Counted from the first letter of the stretch, positions 27,543 through 37,850 are shown. The stretch: DNA of 64,000 nt from an uncultured Alphaproteobacteria bacterium (GCA_949493535.1 CASZWJ010000004.1:38877-102876), one strand, 5' to 3'. The notes: generated from the letters alone by a model not told the origin. Numbers and translations are program-made.

Positions 27543-29471
27543 ATGACCAGAGTTCCAACTTATAACAGCTATATGAATATGCTGAGCCAGACAATGAATA
27601 CAAAAGCCAATTTGGATTTGTATAACTTTCAGGCTTTGACCGGCTTAAAATCTCCGACTTATTCCGGATACGGCATGTCTGCTTCGTCTATCGTCGGCAA
27701 CGAAGCTGCTTTGGGAATTACCAAGAACTTTATGGAAAACAATAAAATTTTGACAACCGAAGTCAAAGCCGTCAACACCTCTTTGGAAGCCATAAGCAAA
27801 GCGGTTAATGATTTTAAATCCCTTCTGACAAATTTCAGCGGAATGGATTTGGAAAAGATTACACCGGATTACACCGGCGGCGAAATTACTTTCGGCAGCA
27901 ATGAAGATGTTTATGCCGGAACAACCCTGACCGTCAACGGACAGGTTTATACCTTCACAAATAACGGCGACAATACCGGCAACAACATCGACCTTTCAAC
28001 CTTAACGCCAGGTTCCGATACTTATGGCGCGGACGTTATGAATGCTTTGAAAGAAAAGCTGCAAACATCTGATGCCGCAAACTTCCCCGATTTTACTTTT
28101 GACGGAAACAAATTTGAATTTCCGCTTTATACAATTGACGGAGAATCTTCGGTTTTGGACGCTTCCGGCGTTACGACAGGCAAGCCGCACACAATGAACG
28201 ACGAGCAATACCGCAATATGAAAGAGCTGCAAACCATGGCCTTTACGACCATGACGGCCTTGGTTGACAGCCTGAATATTTTTGCCAACGGAAAATACCT
28301 GTTCGGCGGCGGCGTTTCAACTCAGGCTCCCATTGATTTTCCTTTCAAAACGCTTGACGAATTCCAAAGCTACTATGACGGGCTGAACATCACTTATCCG
28401 ACCAACAGCAGCGCCGATTTGTCGACTTACAATGTTGGCGCATCAATGACCGGCGCTATTGAACTGATTAACAACGGGGGCAACAAAGGAACAATCAAAG
28501 CGACCAACGGATCTTTCCTGACACCTTCGATTTCCGCAAATGAGTCTACAACCGGCGACTTAACGTTTAACAGTGATAAAAACACTATTAAAGCAACCCA
28601 ATACGGCGCCTTTAACACTATCAAACCCGGAGATTCAATCGTTATTTCAGATGCCGGAGATACGCACAACGGCGCATATATCGTTAAATCAGTTTCTGCT
28701 GACGGCAAAACGATTACTTTTGAAGATTCAACGCCTATCCGCGCAGATGACACGATTGCTAACGGCGGCGGCGCCCAGTTCAGCAAATCTTTCCCTGTCG
28801 GGGCCGTTATCAATATGGAAGGTTTTGACAACAATATTTCTCCGCAAGTCCAAGTTACCGGTATCAGTGCCGACGGCACGGAATTATATGTGAGTATGGA
28901 TCCTGCACGCTGGCCGGAAACAAGCCAGACAATTGAGGCCTCCAGCCGCTGGAAACTGGACAGCAATTCTTATTATCGCGGCGGAGAGCTTATTTCAGAA
29001 AAACGCGTTAACGACAATCAGTCTATTACTCTTGACGTAAACGCCAACGATCCGGTTTTTGAACAAATGTTCCGCGCTTTGGGAATGATTGCGCAAGGCA
29101 ACCTTGTCGATACAAGGAATCCGCTGGACGGCGGCACCGGCATTGATCCTAATGAAACGCTCAACCGCGTAACCGAAGCTCTGGATTTAATTAATGATGC
29201 GCTTTACAGCGGCGGCAGAAATTCAGATTTGAAAAATCCGGATTTATATACCGTTCAGGCCAAAATGAACTCCAACACAATTATTCTCAACAGTGTTGAG
29301 GAAAATCTGACGTTAGTTTCGAATAACCTGCAAACCAACATTGATTCCCTTAAAAAGGTTGACAAAGAAGAAGCTGCCGTCAAAGCGCTTCTGGCGCTGA
29401 ACCAGCTTAATGCCTCCTACTCAGTTTTGCAGGCGGCAATGAGTACATCGTTGTTAAATTACTTAAATTAA
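27543..29471 (+). CDS. flgL: Flagellar hook-associated protein 3 (FlgL-family, flagellin-like termini) with large central insertion, 642 aa
   Basis: AGGAGA RBS. The N-terminus MTRVPTYNSYMNMLSQTMNTKANLDLYNFQALTGLK resembles FlgL N-termini (MRVT..M..LS.L.ANQTKM...QQQLTTGKK). The C-terminus VKALLALNQLNASYSVLQAAMSTSLLNYLN is flagellin/FlgL-like. The canonical SDDP motif is absent and the protein is about twice typical FlgL length. Confidence 0.6.
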   Translation: MTRVPTYNSYMNMLSQTMNTKANLDLYNFQALTGLKSPTYSGYGMSASSIVGNEAALGITKNFMENNKILTTEVKAVNTSLEAISKAVNDFKSLLTNFSGMDLEKITPDYTGGEITFGSNEDVYAGTTLTVNGQVYTFTNNGDNTGNNIDLSTLTPGSDTYGADVMNALKEKLQTSDAANFPDFTFDGNKFEFPLYTIDGESSVLDASGVTTGKPHTMNDEQYRNMKELQTMAFTTMTALVDSLNIFANGKYLFGGGVSTQAPIDFPFKTLDEFQSYYDGLNITYPTNSSADLSTYNVGASMTGAIELINNGGNKGTIKATNGSFLTPSISANESTTGDLTFNSDKNTIKATQYGAFNTIKPGDSIVISDAGDTHNGAYIVKSVSADGKTITFEDSTPIRADDTIANGGGAQFSKSFPVGAVINMEGFDNNISPQVQVTGISADGTELYVSMDPARWPETSQTIEASSRWKLDSNSYYRGGELISEKRVNDNQSITLDVNANDPVFEQMFRALGMIAQGNLVDTRNPLDGGTGIDPNETLNRVTEALDLINDALYSGGRNSDLKNPDLYTVQAKMNSNTIILNSVEENLTLVSNNLQTNIDSLKKVDKEEAAVKALLALNQLNASYSVLQAAMSTSLLNYLN

Positions 29472-29491
29472 AAAATGCAGCATAAAAAAAT

Positions 29492-29521
29492 AACCCCGCT
29501 CAAAACGGGGTTATTTTTTTG
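29492..29521. terminator. Bidirectional terminator between flgL and malQ (AACCCCG-CTCAAAA-CGGGGTT + T8)
   Basis: Perfect 7-bp stem with T-run on + and A-run upstream. Confidence 0.6.
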
Positions 29522-29526
29522 TTTTC

Positions 29527-31674
29527 TCAACGCTCTCTGTGGATTGCTTTCAAATTGCGGATATAAGCAATATCTGTTTCCAAAGCTTCCAGCCTGACGG
29601 GCAGTTTTCTTCTCCAGTTCGGGTGCAAATCCCTGTCTGTTCCCGGCAGATTTTGCATTTTTTCGACATGCAGAATATCCTCCAGCTGAGCCAGAAAAAC
29701 CGCGCAAGGCGTTTGCGCCATATAACGGTTAACAGCCTCTTCTATGCCTTCGGGATAACGCTCGCCATAAATATAATTATTTTTGCGCGGGTTGTCTTCC
29801 GGCCAAACACGGCTGCAATCCAAAGCGCCCAAAAGTTTCCAACGGTCTGACTCGCGTTTTTTATAAGCCTGATTGCGCTCCTGTTCGCTGGAAATTAACC
29901 CTAACTGATAGGACTGTTCAATATCAAAACCAAACCACCACATTCTGAGTGGCGCCATGTCATGGGTTCCGACAGAAACAAAAGCGCGTGCCGGATATTC
30001 TGACGGCGATATAAAATCTCCCCAGCCTGCATTGCAGCGCTCAGCCCAAAGCACACTCAGAGAATAAATGTTTTTCTGCTCCAGAATACTCAAGAAACCG
30101 TCAGGAACATTGCCGATGCTTTCGCCGACAACAGCGCATTTATTCAGACAGCTTTCCAAAGCAACGATATTCAGCATATCTTGAAAATTATAATAAATAT
30201 AGGTTCCGCAGTCTGATTTTTCGGGAATGATATACAACCGCATCAGACTCATTACATGATCGATGCGCAAAGCGCCCGAATTTTTCATATTCGCCCGCAA
30301 AATACGGATAAACGGACGGTAAGCATCTTCTTTCAAAGCCATCGGGCGAAAAGCGCCCAAGCCCCATTTCTGCCCGCAAGGGAAGAAAGCGTCCGGCGGC
30401 GCGCCGGCACCTGCATCTTTGAAGAACAAATCCGGTTCGCTCCAGACTTCTGCGCTGTCTTGGCCTACGCCAACTGCCAAATCTCGGTAAAAGCCTATTT
30501 TCAGGCCTAATTCATCGATGAGTTTTTGCGCTTTATCAAATTGGCGGAAAGCCTCAAACTGCATAAACTTGAAAAACCCGATTTTATCTGCGTGCTCTTT
30601 GGCATAATCCCTCACAGCAAGAGAATGCGGATTGCGATATTCTTCCGGCCAGGCTTTCCAGCCGCCCCAAACCGATGTTGTTTTTTCGCTGTATAAAGTT
30701 TGGAATATCGCCAATTTTTCCAAATCGCTGCCCTGCTCTTTAACGAAAGCCTCATATTCTTCCCTGCGTTTTTTATCCGTTGATGTTTTAAAGCGCTCGT
30801 AACACTTTTCCAACATTCTGACCTTCAGCGGGTAAATATGTTCATATTGAATCAACTCGCTCTGACGCAGTTCGTTAATTTCATTTTCAATTTCAGCCTT
30901 ATCTTCCGGCAAAAACTCGGGAACAGCCTCGATATCTATATAAATCGGATTAAGGAACAAACGGCTGACAGATTGATACGGACTGGCATTTTCAGGATAA
31001 TCATGCGATAAAACATTTAACGGGTTCAACCCTATAATGCCGACACCGGCCCGATCAGACATTTTAACAATATCGCATAAATCGGTAAAATCGCCGACGC
31101 CCCAGTTACGCTCGCTTCTGACAGAATAAAGCTGAATTGCAAAACCCCAGATTTTGCTGTCCAGCGCAGGATTGGCATAACAGCGCGCTGGCGCTACGGC
31201 AAGCAACGTTTTATAGCGTTTGCTGTTCACACGCAAGTCAACATTATAATACCCTATTTCCAAAGGAGACGTGACAACGAACTGCAGTTTTACATATTTA
31301 GTTTTGCCAATCAGGCGGTATTCTTCATTATTGACAACATTAAAAGAAACCGGCTCGGCTTTATCATTGCCCTCACGCGTTAAAAGCAGTTCAAAATCGT
31401 CATTCTCGTTTTCTGCCGGAATAACCAAATCAAAAGTAACATTGCTTTGTTCAACAACATAAATTTTTTCCAAAGACTGCTGCCAACGACGGCGTTCAAA
31501 GGCTGCCAATGAGGCTTCGACCTCTTCATCGCAACCGGCTTTGTATCCCATTTTTTCCGCAAAAAAGCGAATGATCTCATCACTCACCTGATATTCCTGC
31601 CGAACCATTCCGGCATCGGCAAATTGGGTAGAAATTCCAAGTTTATCAGCTAATTGCTGCAAATTATTTTCCAT
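29527..31674 (-). CDS. malQ: 4-alpha-glucanotransferase (amylomaltase, GH77), long MalQ-type with N-terminal extension
   Basis: 715 aa. GH77 core WGVGDFTDLCDIVKMSDRAGVGIIGLNPLN...GAGAPPDAFFPCGQKWGLGAFRP...VGESIGNVPDG...FVSVGTHDMAPLRMWW. Confidence 0.85.
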   Translation of the reverse strand: MENNLQQLADKLGISTQFADAGMVRQEYQVSDEIIRFFAEKMGYKAGCDEEVEASLAAFERRRWQQSLEKIYVVEQSNVTFDLVIPAENENDDFELLLTREGNDKAEPVSFNVVNNEEYRLIGKTKYVKLQFVVTSPLEIGYYNVDLRVNSKRYKTLLAVAPARCYANPALDSKIWGFAIQLYSVRSERNWGVGDFTDLCDIVKMSDRAGVGIIGLNPLNVLSHDYPENASPYQSVSRLFLNPIYIDIEAVPEFLPEDKAEIENEINELRQSELIQYEHIYPLKVRMLEKCYERFKTSTDKKRREEYEAFVKEQGSDLEKLAIFQTLYSEKTTSVWGGWKAWPEEYRNPHSLAVRDYAKEHADKIGFFKFMQFEAFRQFDKAQKLIDELGLKIGFYRDLAVGVGQDSAEVWSEPDLFFKDAGAGAPPDAFFPCGQKWGLGAFRPMALKEDAYRPFIRILRANMKNSGALRIDHVMSLMRLYIIPEKSDCGTYIYYNFQDMLNIVALESCLNKCAVVGESIGNVPDGFLSILEQKNIYSLSVLWAERCNAGWGDFISPSEYPARAFVSVGTHDMAPLRMWWFGFDIEQSYQLGLISSEQERNQAYKKRESDRWKLLGALDCSRVWPEDNPRKNNYIYGERYPEGIEEAVNRYMAQTPCAVFLAQLEDILHVEKMQNLPGTDRDLHPNWRRKLPVRLEALETDIAYIRNLKAIHRER

Positions 31675-31695
31675 TAAAAGAACTCCTAATCAGTA

Positions 31696-33774
31696 TTATT
31701 TGCGGATTTCAAACAACAAAACGCTCCATGAAGGAACATGTATCTTTTGGTTGCTTGAAACTTTGTTTTCATCGTTAAATTTATCAGAAGTGTCAAGCAA
31801 CAGGTTCCAAGTATAATTCTTGTCAATGTCAGGCAGCTGCCAGACAACTTCGCCGTAATTGGCATTCAGAATGCAAAAAACATATTTGCTGCCGTTATAA
31901 ATACTATAGGCCAAACATTTGCGGCTGCCATCATGCCAAGCTTCATTATGCATTTCAGCGCCTGCTTCCGTGTACCAAGTGATGTCTTTTATTCCGGTCT
32001 TGTCAATCGGTTTTCCCGTTAAAAATTTGCGCCGTTCAAAAATCTTTAATTTTTTGCGCAATTTGATTATCCGGCGGCAAAAACGCGCCAAATTTCTATC
32101 GCGTTCGGAAATCCCTTCCCAATTCATCCAAGTAATTGCATTATCCTGACAATAAGGATTATTATTTCCCATGTTGGTATGAGAAAATTCATCGCCGCCA
32201 ACCATCATCGGCGTTCCGAAAGAAAGCATGAGCGTCGCAAGCATTGCTTTGGCGCGGGCATAACGATTATCCCTTATAATCATATTGTCCGTTTCGCCTT
32301 CGGCACCGGAATTCCAACTCCAGTTGCTGTCTGTTCCGTCGCGATTGTTTTCATTGTTCGCGCCGTTGTGCTTTTGGTTATAGCTGACTAAATCGCGCAA
32401 AGAAAAACCGTCATGCGCCGTAATAAAATTGACGCTGGTCCAAATATCCCTGTTATTATAATTAAACACATCGCTGGAACCGGCAATCCGGCTGGCAAGT
32501 TCTGCCACCTGAAATTGATCCCCCTTCCAAAAACGGCGGACAACATCGCGATATTTATCATTCCATTCTGCCCAGCGCGGCGTAAAACCGCCGACCTGAT
32601 AACCGCCGAAACCGACATCCCAAGGTTCGGCTATCAATTTTGCTTCGCGCAGAACCGGATCCTGACCGACGGCATAAAGGAAGCCGCTTTCCTGCCTGAA
32701 TTCCCTATTCATTCTTCCGAGGGTTGTCGCCAAATCAAAACGGAAACCGTCAACACGCATTTCCTGATACCAATAACGCAGGGAATCCATAACCAGATTT
32801 AAAACATAAGGATTTTGCAAATTAAACGAAGCTCCGCAACCGGTCGAATCATAGTAATAACGCTTGTTCTCGGGATTAAGGGTATAATAGCTCGAGTTAT
32901 CAATACCGCGATAGCACAAAGTCGGCCCGAGCTGATTGCCCTCGCCTGTATGGTTATAAACCACGTCTAAAAAGACTTCCATGCCGGCAGCATGATACTC
33001 TTTGACCATTTGCCTGATTTCATCAAGATTGTTATTGGCCAAATAATTTTGTTCCGGCGCAAAAAAGCTGAAGCTTTCATAGCCCCAGTAATTGTCTTTG
33101 ACAAAACCTTTTTTGTGGCGGTTGCCGAAAAACGCATGAACAGGCAAAAGTTCCACTGCAGTTACGCCCAGCCATTTCAGATATGAGCGCACACACTTGT
33201 CACTCATACCGGCAAAGGTGCCGCGCTTGGCGTCCGGAATTGACGGGTGCAATTTGGTAAAGCCGCGCAAATGCGTTTCATAAACAATTGTATTTTCAAA
33301 CTTCGTTTTGGGGCGGACATCGCCTTCCCAATCAAACGTGTCTTCAACCACAACCGATTTCGGAACATAAGGGGCACTGTCCAATGTGCTGAATGACAAG
33401 TCCTTTTCAGGGCTGTCCCAATCGTAGCCGAAAATTGCCTTGTGCCAAATCAGCTTGCCCACCAGTTTTTTGCCGTAAGGATCTATCAGCAGTTTGTTGG
33501 GATTAAAACGCAGGCCTTCCTGCGGTTTATACGGCCCGTAAACGCGATAGCCGTAAACTTGTTCGGGCTTCAGGCCGGGAATATAAATATGCCAGATATT
33601 ATTGTCGCATTCGGTAATCGGATAACGGGCTGTTTCCGTAATGCCGGTTTCATCAAACAGGCATAATTCCACTTTTTCGGCATGCGCCGAAAAAATAGAA
33701 AAATTTACGCCTTGGCCGTCATAGGTCGAACCTAACGGATAAGGTTTGCCGTCTGAGGGTTTGATGCTGCCCAT
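31696..33774 (-). CDS. glgX: Glycogen debranching enzyme GlgX (GH13 isoamylase-type)
   Basis: N-terminus MGSIKPSDGKPYPLGSTYDGQGVNFSIFSAHAEKVELCLFDE. GH13 regions VFLDVVYNHTGEG, DGFRFDLATTLGR, KLIAEPWDVG and FITAHDGFSLRDLVSYNQKHN are present. Confidence 0.85.
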   Translation of the reverse strand: MGSIKPSDGKPYPLGSTYDGQGVNFSIFSAHAEKVELCLFDETGITETARYPITECDNNIWHIYIPGLKPEQVYGYRVYGPYKPQEGLRFNPNKLLIDPYGKKLVGKLIWHKAIFGYDWDSPEKDLSFSTLDSAPYVPKSVVVEDTFDWEGDVRPKTKFENTIVYETHLRGFTKLHPSIPDAKRGTFAGMSDKCVRSYLKWLGVTAVELLPVHAFFGNRHKKGFVKDNYWGYESFSFFAPEQNYLANNNLDEIRQMVKEYHAAGMEVFLDVVYNHTGEGNQLGPTLCYRGIDNSSYYTLNPENKRYYYDSTGCGASFNLQNPYVLNLVMDSLRYWYQEMRVDGFRFDLATTLGRMNREFRQESGFLYAVGQDPVLREAKLIAEPWDVGFGGYQVGGFTPRWAEWNDKYRDVVRRFWKGDQFQVAELASRIAGSSDVFNYNNRDIWTSVNFITAHDGFSLRDLVSYNQKHNGANNENNRDGTDSNWSWNSGAEGETDNMIIRDNRYARAKAMLATLMLSFGTPMMVGGDEFSHTNMGNNNPYCQDNAITWMNWEGISERDRNLARFCRRIIKLRKKLKIFERRKFLTGKPIDKTGIKDITWYTEAGAEMHNEAWHDGSRKCLAYSIYNGSKYVFCILNANYGEVVWQLPDIDKNYTWNLLLDTSDKFNDENKVSSNQKIHVPSWSVLLFEIRK

Positions 33775-33806
33775 GTTTTTCTCCCGAATTAATTTTCAGC
33801 CAATGC

Positions 33807-36005
33807 CTAGCGCATCGGTTTTAAAACAATAGTCGACAAAGGCGGCAGGGTCAAGCGGATTGAATAAGGTTTGCAGTTCCAATCCTGTGTTTCCGCCATA
33901 ATTGTTCCGTCGTTTTTAACGCCGCTTCCCCAATAGTTTTTATCATCGCTGTTGAAGATTTCCTGATAGCCGCAGAGCTCGTTGACACCGATGCGGAAGT
34001 CATGTCTGACAACAGGCGTAAAGTTAGATATGACAATCATATAGTCGCTCGGATTATGCCCCTTGCGCATATAGGCAATTACGCTGTCATCCGCATTTGA
34101 GTGCTCAATCCACTCAAAACCGCGATAGTCAAAATCTTCTTCATAAAACGCCGGATTGCCTTTATACATCAGGTTCAAATCGCGAATGCAGTTTTGCATG
34201 CCTTTATACATCGGATATTCAAGCAGGTGCCAACGCAGGCTTTCTTCGGCATTCCATTCCCAATCCTGTCCGAATTCGCAGCCCATAAACAAAAGCTTTT
34301 TGCCCGGGTGGGTGAACATGAAGCCGTAATAAGCGCGCAGGTTGGCAAATTTCTGCCATTCGTCGCCCGGCATTTTGGAAAGCATGGAACCTTTGCCGTG
34401 GACAACTTCGTCATGCGAAATCGGCAGAATAAAGTTTTCATTAAAAGCGTACAGCAGCCCGAAAGTCAGCATACCATGGTGATATTTGCGGTGAACCGGC
34501 TCATGGCTGATGTATTTTAACGTATCGTTCATCCAGCCCATATTCCATTTATAACCGAAGCCCAAACCGCCCATAGAAGTCGGACGGGAAACCATCGGCC
34601 AAGCGGTTGACTCTTCGGCTACGGTAACGGCACCGTTGGCCTGAGAATATGCCAGCTCATTCATCTTGCGCAGGAAACCGATTGCCTCCAAGTTTTCATT
34701 GCCGCCGTATACGTTGGGAATCCATTCGCCGTTCTTGCGGGAATAATCCAGATAAAGCATAGAGGCTACGGCATCAACACGCAGGCCGTCAATATGAAAT
34801 TCTTTCAGCCAGTAAATGGCGCTTGCACATAAGAAGTTGCAGACTTCGGTGCGGCCGTAATTATAAATTTTTGTTCCCCAGTCGGTGTGTTCGCCTTTTC
34901 TCGGGTCGGCGTGCTCGTATAAATGCGTGCCGTCAAACTCGACCAAGCCATGGCCGTCTTTCGGGAAATGCGCCGGAACCCAGTCCATAATCACGCTGAT
35001 GCCGGCCTGATGAAACTTGTCAATCATATAGCGGAAATCATCAGGATTGCCGAAACGCGATGTCGGCGCAAACATGCCTGTTACCTGATAGCCCCAAGAC
35101 GCATCAAGCGGGTGCTCGGTCAAAGGCAGAAACTCAACATGGGTAAAGCCCATATTAACGACATAGGGCACCAAATGGTCTGCCAATTCGCGATAGGTCA
35201 GATATTCGCAGCCGTTTTCTCCTTTACGGCGCCAAGAACCCAAATGTACTTCATAAATGGACATCGGTTTGTCAAAGCTGTTGTATTCCTGACGATAATT
35301 CATCCAAGCGGCATCTTCCCACTGATATTTATTTATATCATAAACGATTGACGCCGTATCCGGACGTTTTTCAGAATAAAATGCGACCGGATCCGATTTT
35401 AAGAGAATATAATTTTCTTGGGTTTTGATTTCAAATTTATATACTTCGCCTTCGTTTAATTCGGGCACGAAAATATCCCATACGCCGCAGGAAATATGTT
35501 TGCGCATGACATGGGCACGCCCGTCCCAATTATTGAAGTTTCCGACGACGCTGACACGTTTGGCATTAGGAGCCCAAACAGCAAAACTGACGCCTTTGAC
35601 ACCGTTTATCGTTGCAACATGGGCGCCCAGTTTTTTATACATATCAAGGTGGTTGCCTTCTGCCAGCAAATAAATGTCTATGTCTCCCAATGTTGCAGGA
35701 AAACTGTAAACATCATGCACGGTATAAAAGTTTCCGCAGTCATTTTGAATTTTTAATTTGTAATTGAAATTTTCTCTCGGGCCGAGATTGATTTGGTAGA
35801 ATCCGCGGTCATCCAATTTGGCAAAACTGCCCATTGAATTTCCGTCTTCGTCTAAAAGTTCCACTGACTGTGAATGCGGCTGATAGGTTCTGATAAAGAC
35901 TTCTTTTGAGCCTTTGTCCTTATGGATACCCAAGACGGCAAAAGGATTGCCGTGATCGCCGTTGATGATTGCTTCCATCTCTTCTTTAGACAATAAATTT
36001 TCCAT
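33807..36005 (-). CDS. glgB: 1,4-alpha-glucan branching enzyme GlgB
   Basis: 732 aa. GH13 regions VIMDWVPAHF, HIDGLRVDAVASMLY, VTVAEESTAWP and FILPISHDEVVHGK are present. The N-terminal CBM48 region shows KGVSFAVWAPNAKRVSVVGNFNNWD. Confidence 0.9.
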   Translation of the reverse strand: MENLLSKEEMEAIINGDHGNPFAVLGIHKDKGSKEVFIRTYQPHSQSVELLDEDGNSMGSFAKLDDRGFYQINLGPRENFNYKLKIQNDCGNFYTVHDVYSFPATLGDIDIYLLAEGNHLDMYKKLGAHVATINGVKGVSFAVWAPNAKRVSVVGNFNNWDGRAHVMRKHISCGVWDIFVPELNEGEVYKFEIKTQENYILLKSDPVAFYSEKRPDTASIVYDINKYQWEDAAWMNYRQEYNSFDKPMSIYEVHLGSWRRKGENGCEYLTYRELADHLVPYVVNMGFTHVEFLPLTEHPLDASWGYQVTGMFAPTSRFGNPDDFRYMIDKFHQAGISVIMDWVPAHFPKDGHGLVEFDGTHLYEHADPRKGEHTDWGTKIYNYGRTEVCNFLCASAIYWLKEFHIDGLRVDAVASMLYLDYSRKNGEWIPNVYGGNENLEAIGFLRKMNELAYSQANGAVTVAEESTAWPMVSRPTSMGGLGFGYKWNMGWMNDTLKYISHEPVHRKYHHGMLTFGLLYAFNENFILPISHDEVVHGKGSMLSKMPGDEWQKFANLRAYYGFMFTHPGKKLLFMGCEFGQDWEWNAEESLRWHLLEYPMYKGMQNCIRDLNLMYKGNPAFYEEDFDYRGFEWIEHSNADDSVIAYMRKGHNPSDYMIVISNFTPVVRHDFRIGVNELCGYQEIFNSDDKNYWGSGVKNDGTIMAETQDWNCKPYSIRLTLPPLSTIVLKPMR

Positions 36006-36229
36006 AAATATACTCCTGTATTTTGACCCAAGAACCGTAAATATTTTTTACGTTATCAAAGCTAATCTATAATTTCATATAACATTAATTGCAAGTAAAT
36101 TACACGATATGTAAATATTATTTTGCAAAGTGCATATTTTCAATCCATTAGGTATTGACGTATTAATTTTTGATTGTATATTGAATGGTGTATGTAAACA
36201 TTGTTTGAAATTTTTTATTGGAGTTTATC

Positions 36230-36472
36230 ATGGTTAAAAATAACGAAAATGCCATCAGAGAAGCTGCTTATTACAACTGGCAAAATGCCGGTTGCCCGAA
36301 TGGTCAGGACGAGTACTTCTGGGCTATGGCTGTAGAACAATTTTCTAATTGCAAATCAAATACTTGCAGCAAATCTTCCTCTGCTAAGAAAACCGCTTCC
36401 AAAAGCAGCACTTCTTGCAAAACAAAATCTGCAGCTTGCAAGTCTAATTCTTCTTCTAAAAAATCTAAATAA
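36230..36472 (+). CDS. DUF2934-family small protein with Ser/Lys/Cys-rich C-terminal tail
   Basis: GGAG RBS 6 nt before ATG 36230. IREAAYYNWQNAGCPNGQDEYFWAMAVEQ matches the DUF2934 signature (IRERAYYLWEQEGRPHGRDLEHWLQAE). The tail is KSNTCSKSSSAKKTASKSSTSCKTKSAACKSNSSSKKSK. The ORF-track start at 36218 is a TTG. Confidence 0.5.
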   Translation: MVKNNENAIREAAYYNWQNAGCPNGQDEYFWAMAVEQFSNCKSNTCSKSSSAKKTASKSSTSCKTKSAACKSNSSSKKSK

Positions 36473-36492
36473 TTTTGAGACAGATTTTTGTA

Positions 36493-36524
36493 AAAAAGCT
36501 CTTGTTGAAACAAGAGCTTTTTTA
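36493..36524. terminator. Bidirectional terminator (AAAGCTCTTG-TTGAAA-CAAGAGCTTT + T-run)
   Basis: Perfect 10-bp stem between the convergent stops at 36472 (+) and 36522 (-). Confidence 0.55.
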
Positions 36525-37850
36525 TTGCCTGCGAGCAGCAAAAATATACCCCCAGACATCTTGCTTCCCTTCTGTTCTAAGCTTTGTTTTCTCTTGCTTT
36601 TCCAGAATAAAGCCGTTTATTTTTAAAAGCCTTTTTATATAGTTTTCATGGTGCTGGAATCGACCTGAAATATGCAAAAAATAATCATCATTATTTTGTT
36701 CGTTTGCCGTTACGCTGAAAATTATCCTTCCTGATTTTTTTAAAGCCGAAAACAGATTTTCAAACAGGGAATCCAAACTGCCGAAATAAGTAAAAACATC
36801 TGCCGAAACAATCAGCTCATACGCTTTTTCCTTACGGCTCAAAAAATTGTTTATTTCCTGGCAAAACAATCGATTATAAAGCTTCTTGCCTTTTGCTATT
36901 TTTAACATTTCCGAGGATAAATCCACGCCGTCAAGAGAAAAGAATCCGGCATATTTTTTCAGAAATTTTCCGCATAATCCGGTGCCGCATCCGGCATCGA
37001 GAATCCGCATTTTTTTTCGGGGATTTTCTCCATAAAATTCTTTCAAGAATCCGTTTATCTGCTGTGGCGTCCGATAGTCCAGCGAGGTTAAAACATTTTC
37101 AAAATCGGGCGCAAAAACATCAAAAATATTTTGCAGATATTCATCATTGGCGCGACCGATTTCCGCATTATTCAGAACAGCATTTCCCATATGTGCGGCA
37201 ACGTTATTTTCCGGATATTTTTCCAACCATAAACGAGCATATTTTTTTGCCTCGCCGGCATTATTTTCCATTGCAATTTCATAAAGAAGATAACCGAAAG
37301 AAATCTGCTGGGAATCATCGCCTTCGGACAAAACGATTGCCTGCCACCCCGCATCCAGAGCTTCGGAGACATTCCCGTTTTGCTGATATGCCCGACTTAA
37401 AGAATTATACAGCCAAGCATCCGTCGAATTCGATTTTTCCGCTTTTTCCAAAGCAGAAACGGCCTCTGAATATTGCTCTTTTTCCAACAGGGAATTTCCT
37501 AAAATATTCCACCCCAGATAACTTTGAGAATCCAGTTTTAAAGCCTGGCGTGCATAGTCTTCCGCATTATCATAATCTTGCATTTCAAAATAAGTATTCG
37601 CGAGGTTTATTTTAACCGGATAATAATCAGGCCGGGCAGCATCCGCTTTGAGATAGGCTTCAACGGACTTTGAATATTCTTTTTTTATGAAAAGCAGATT
37701 TCCCAAATTAATCAATGCGGCATAATTATCAGGAGCCGTTTTCAAAACTTTGCGGCAAAGTTTTTCCGCCTCTTTGTATTTTTTATTTTCATACAAATCG
37801 ATACTCAAATCCGTTAAAGCAGAAACTGAATATTTTGTTTTGAAAAACAT
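36522..37850 (-). CDS. TPR-repeat protein fused to class I SAM-dependent methyltransferase domain
   Basis: The N-terminal 270 aa are TPR-like repeats (YAALINLGNLLF..., AYLKADAARPDYYPVKINLANTYF...). The C-terminal domain has ILDAGCGTGLCGKFLKKY (motif I GxGxG) and LIVSADVFTYF, typical of Rossmann SAM MTases. Confidence 0.6.
   Translation of the reverse strand: MFFKTKYSVSALTDLSIDLYENKKYKEAEKLCRKVLKTAPDNYAALINLGNLLFIKKEYSKSVEAYLKADAARPDYYPVKINLANTYFEMQDYDNAEDYARQALKLDSQSYLGWNILGNSLLEKEQYSEAVSALEKAEKSNSTDAWLYNSLSRAYQQNGNVSEALDAGWQAIVLSEGDDSQQISFGYLLYEIAMENNAGEAKKYARLWLEKYPENNVAAHMGNAVLNNAEIGRANDEYLQNIFDVFAPDFENVLTSLDYRTPQQINGFLKEFYGENPRKKMRILDAGCGTGLCGKFLKKYAGFFSLDGVDLSSEMLKIAKGKKLYNRLFCQEINNFLSRKEKAYELIVSADVFTYFGSLDSLFENLFSALKKSGRIIFSVTANEQNNDDYFLHISGRFQHHENYIKRLLKINGFILEKQEKTKLRTEGKQDVWGYIFAARRQ

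Noticed and set aside
32388-35756. Multiple 60-140-aa plus-strand ORFs inside glgX/glgB
   Set aside because: They are antisense to well-supported GH13 genes and have no independent signals.
36304-36559. ORFs antisense to the DUF2934 gene tail (69 and 67 aa)
   Set aside because: They overlap the real gene and its terminator and derive from the Ser/Lys-rich low-complexity tail.
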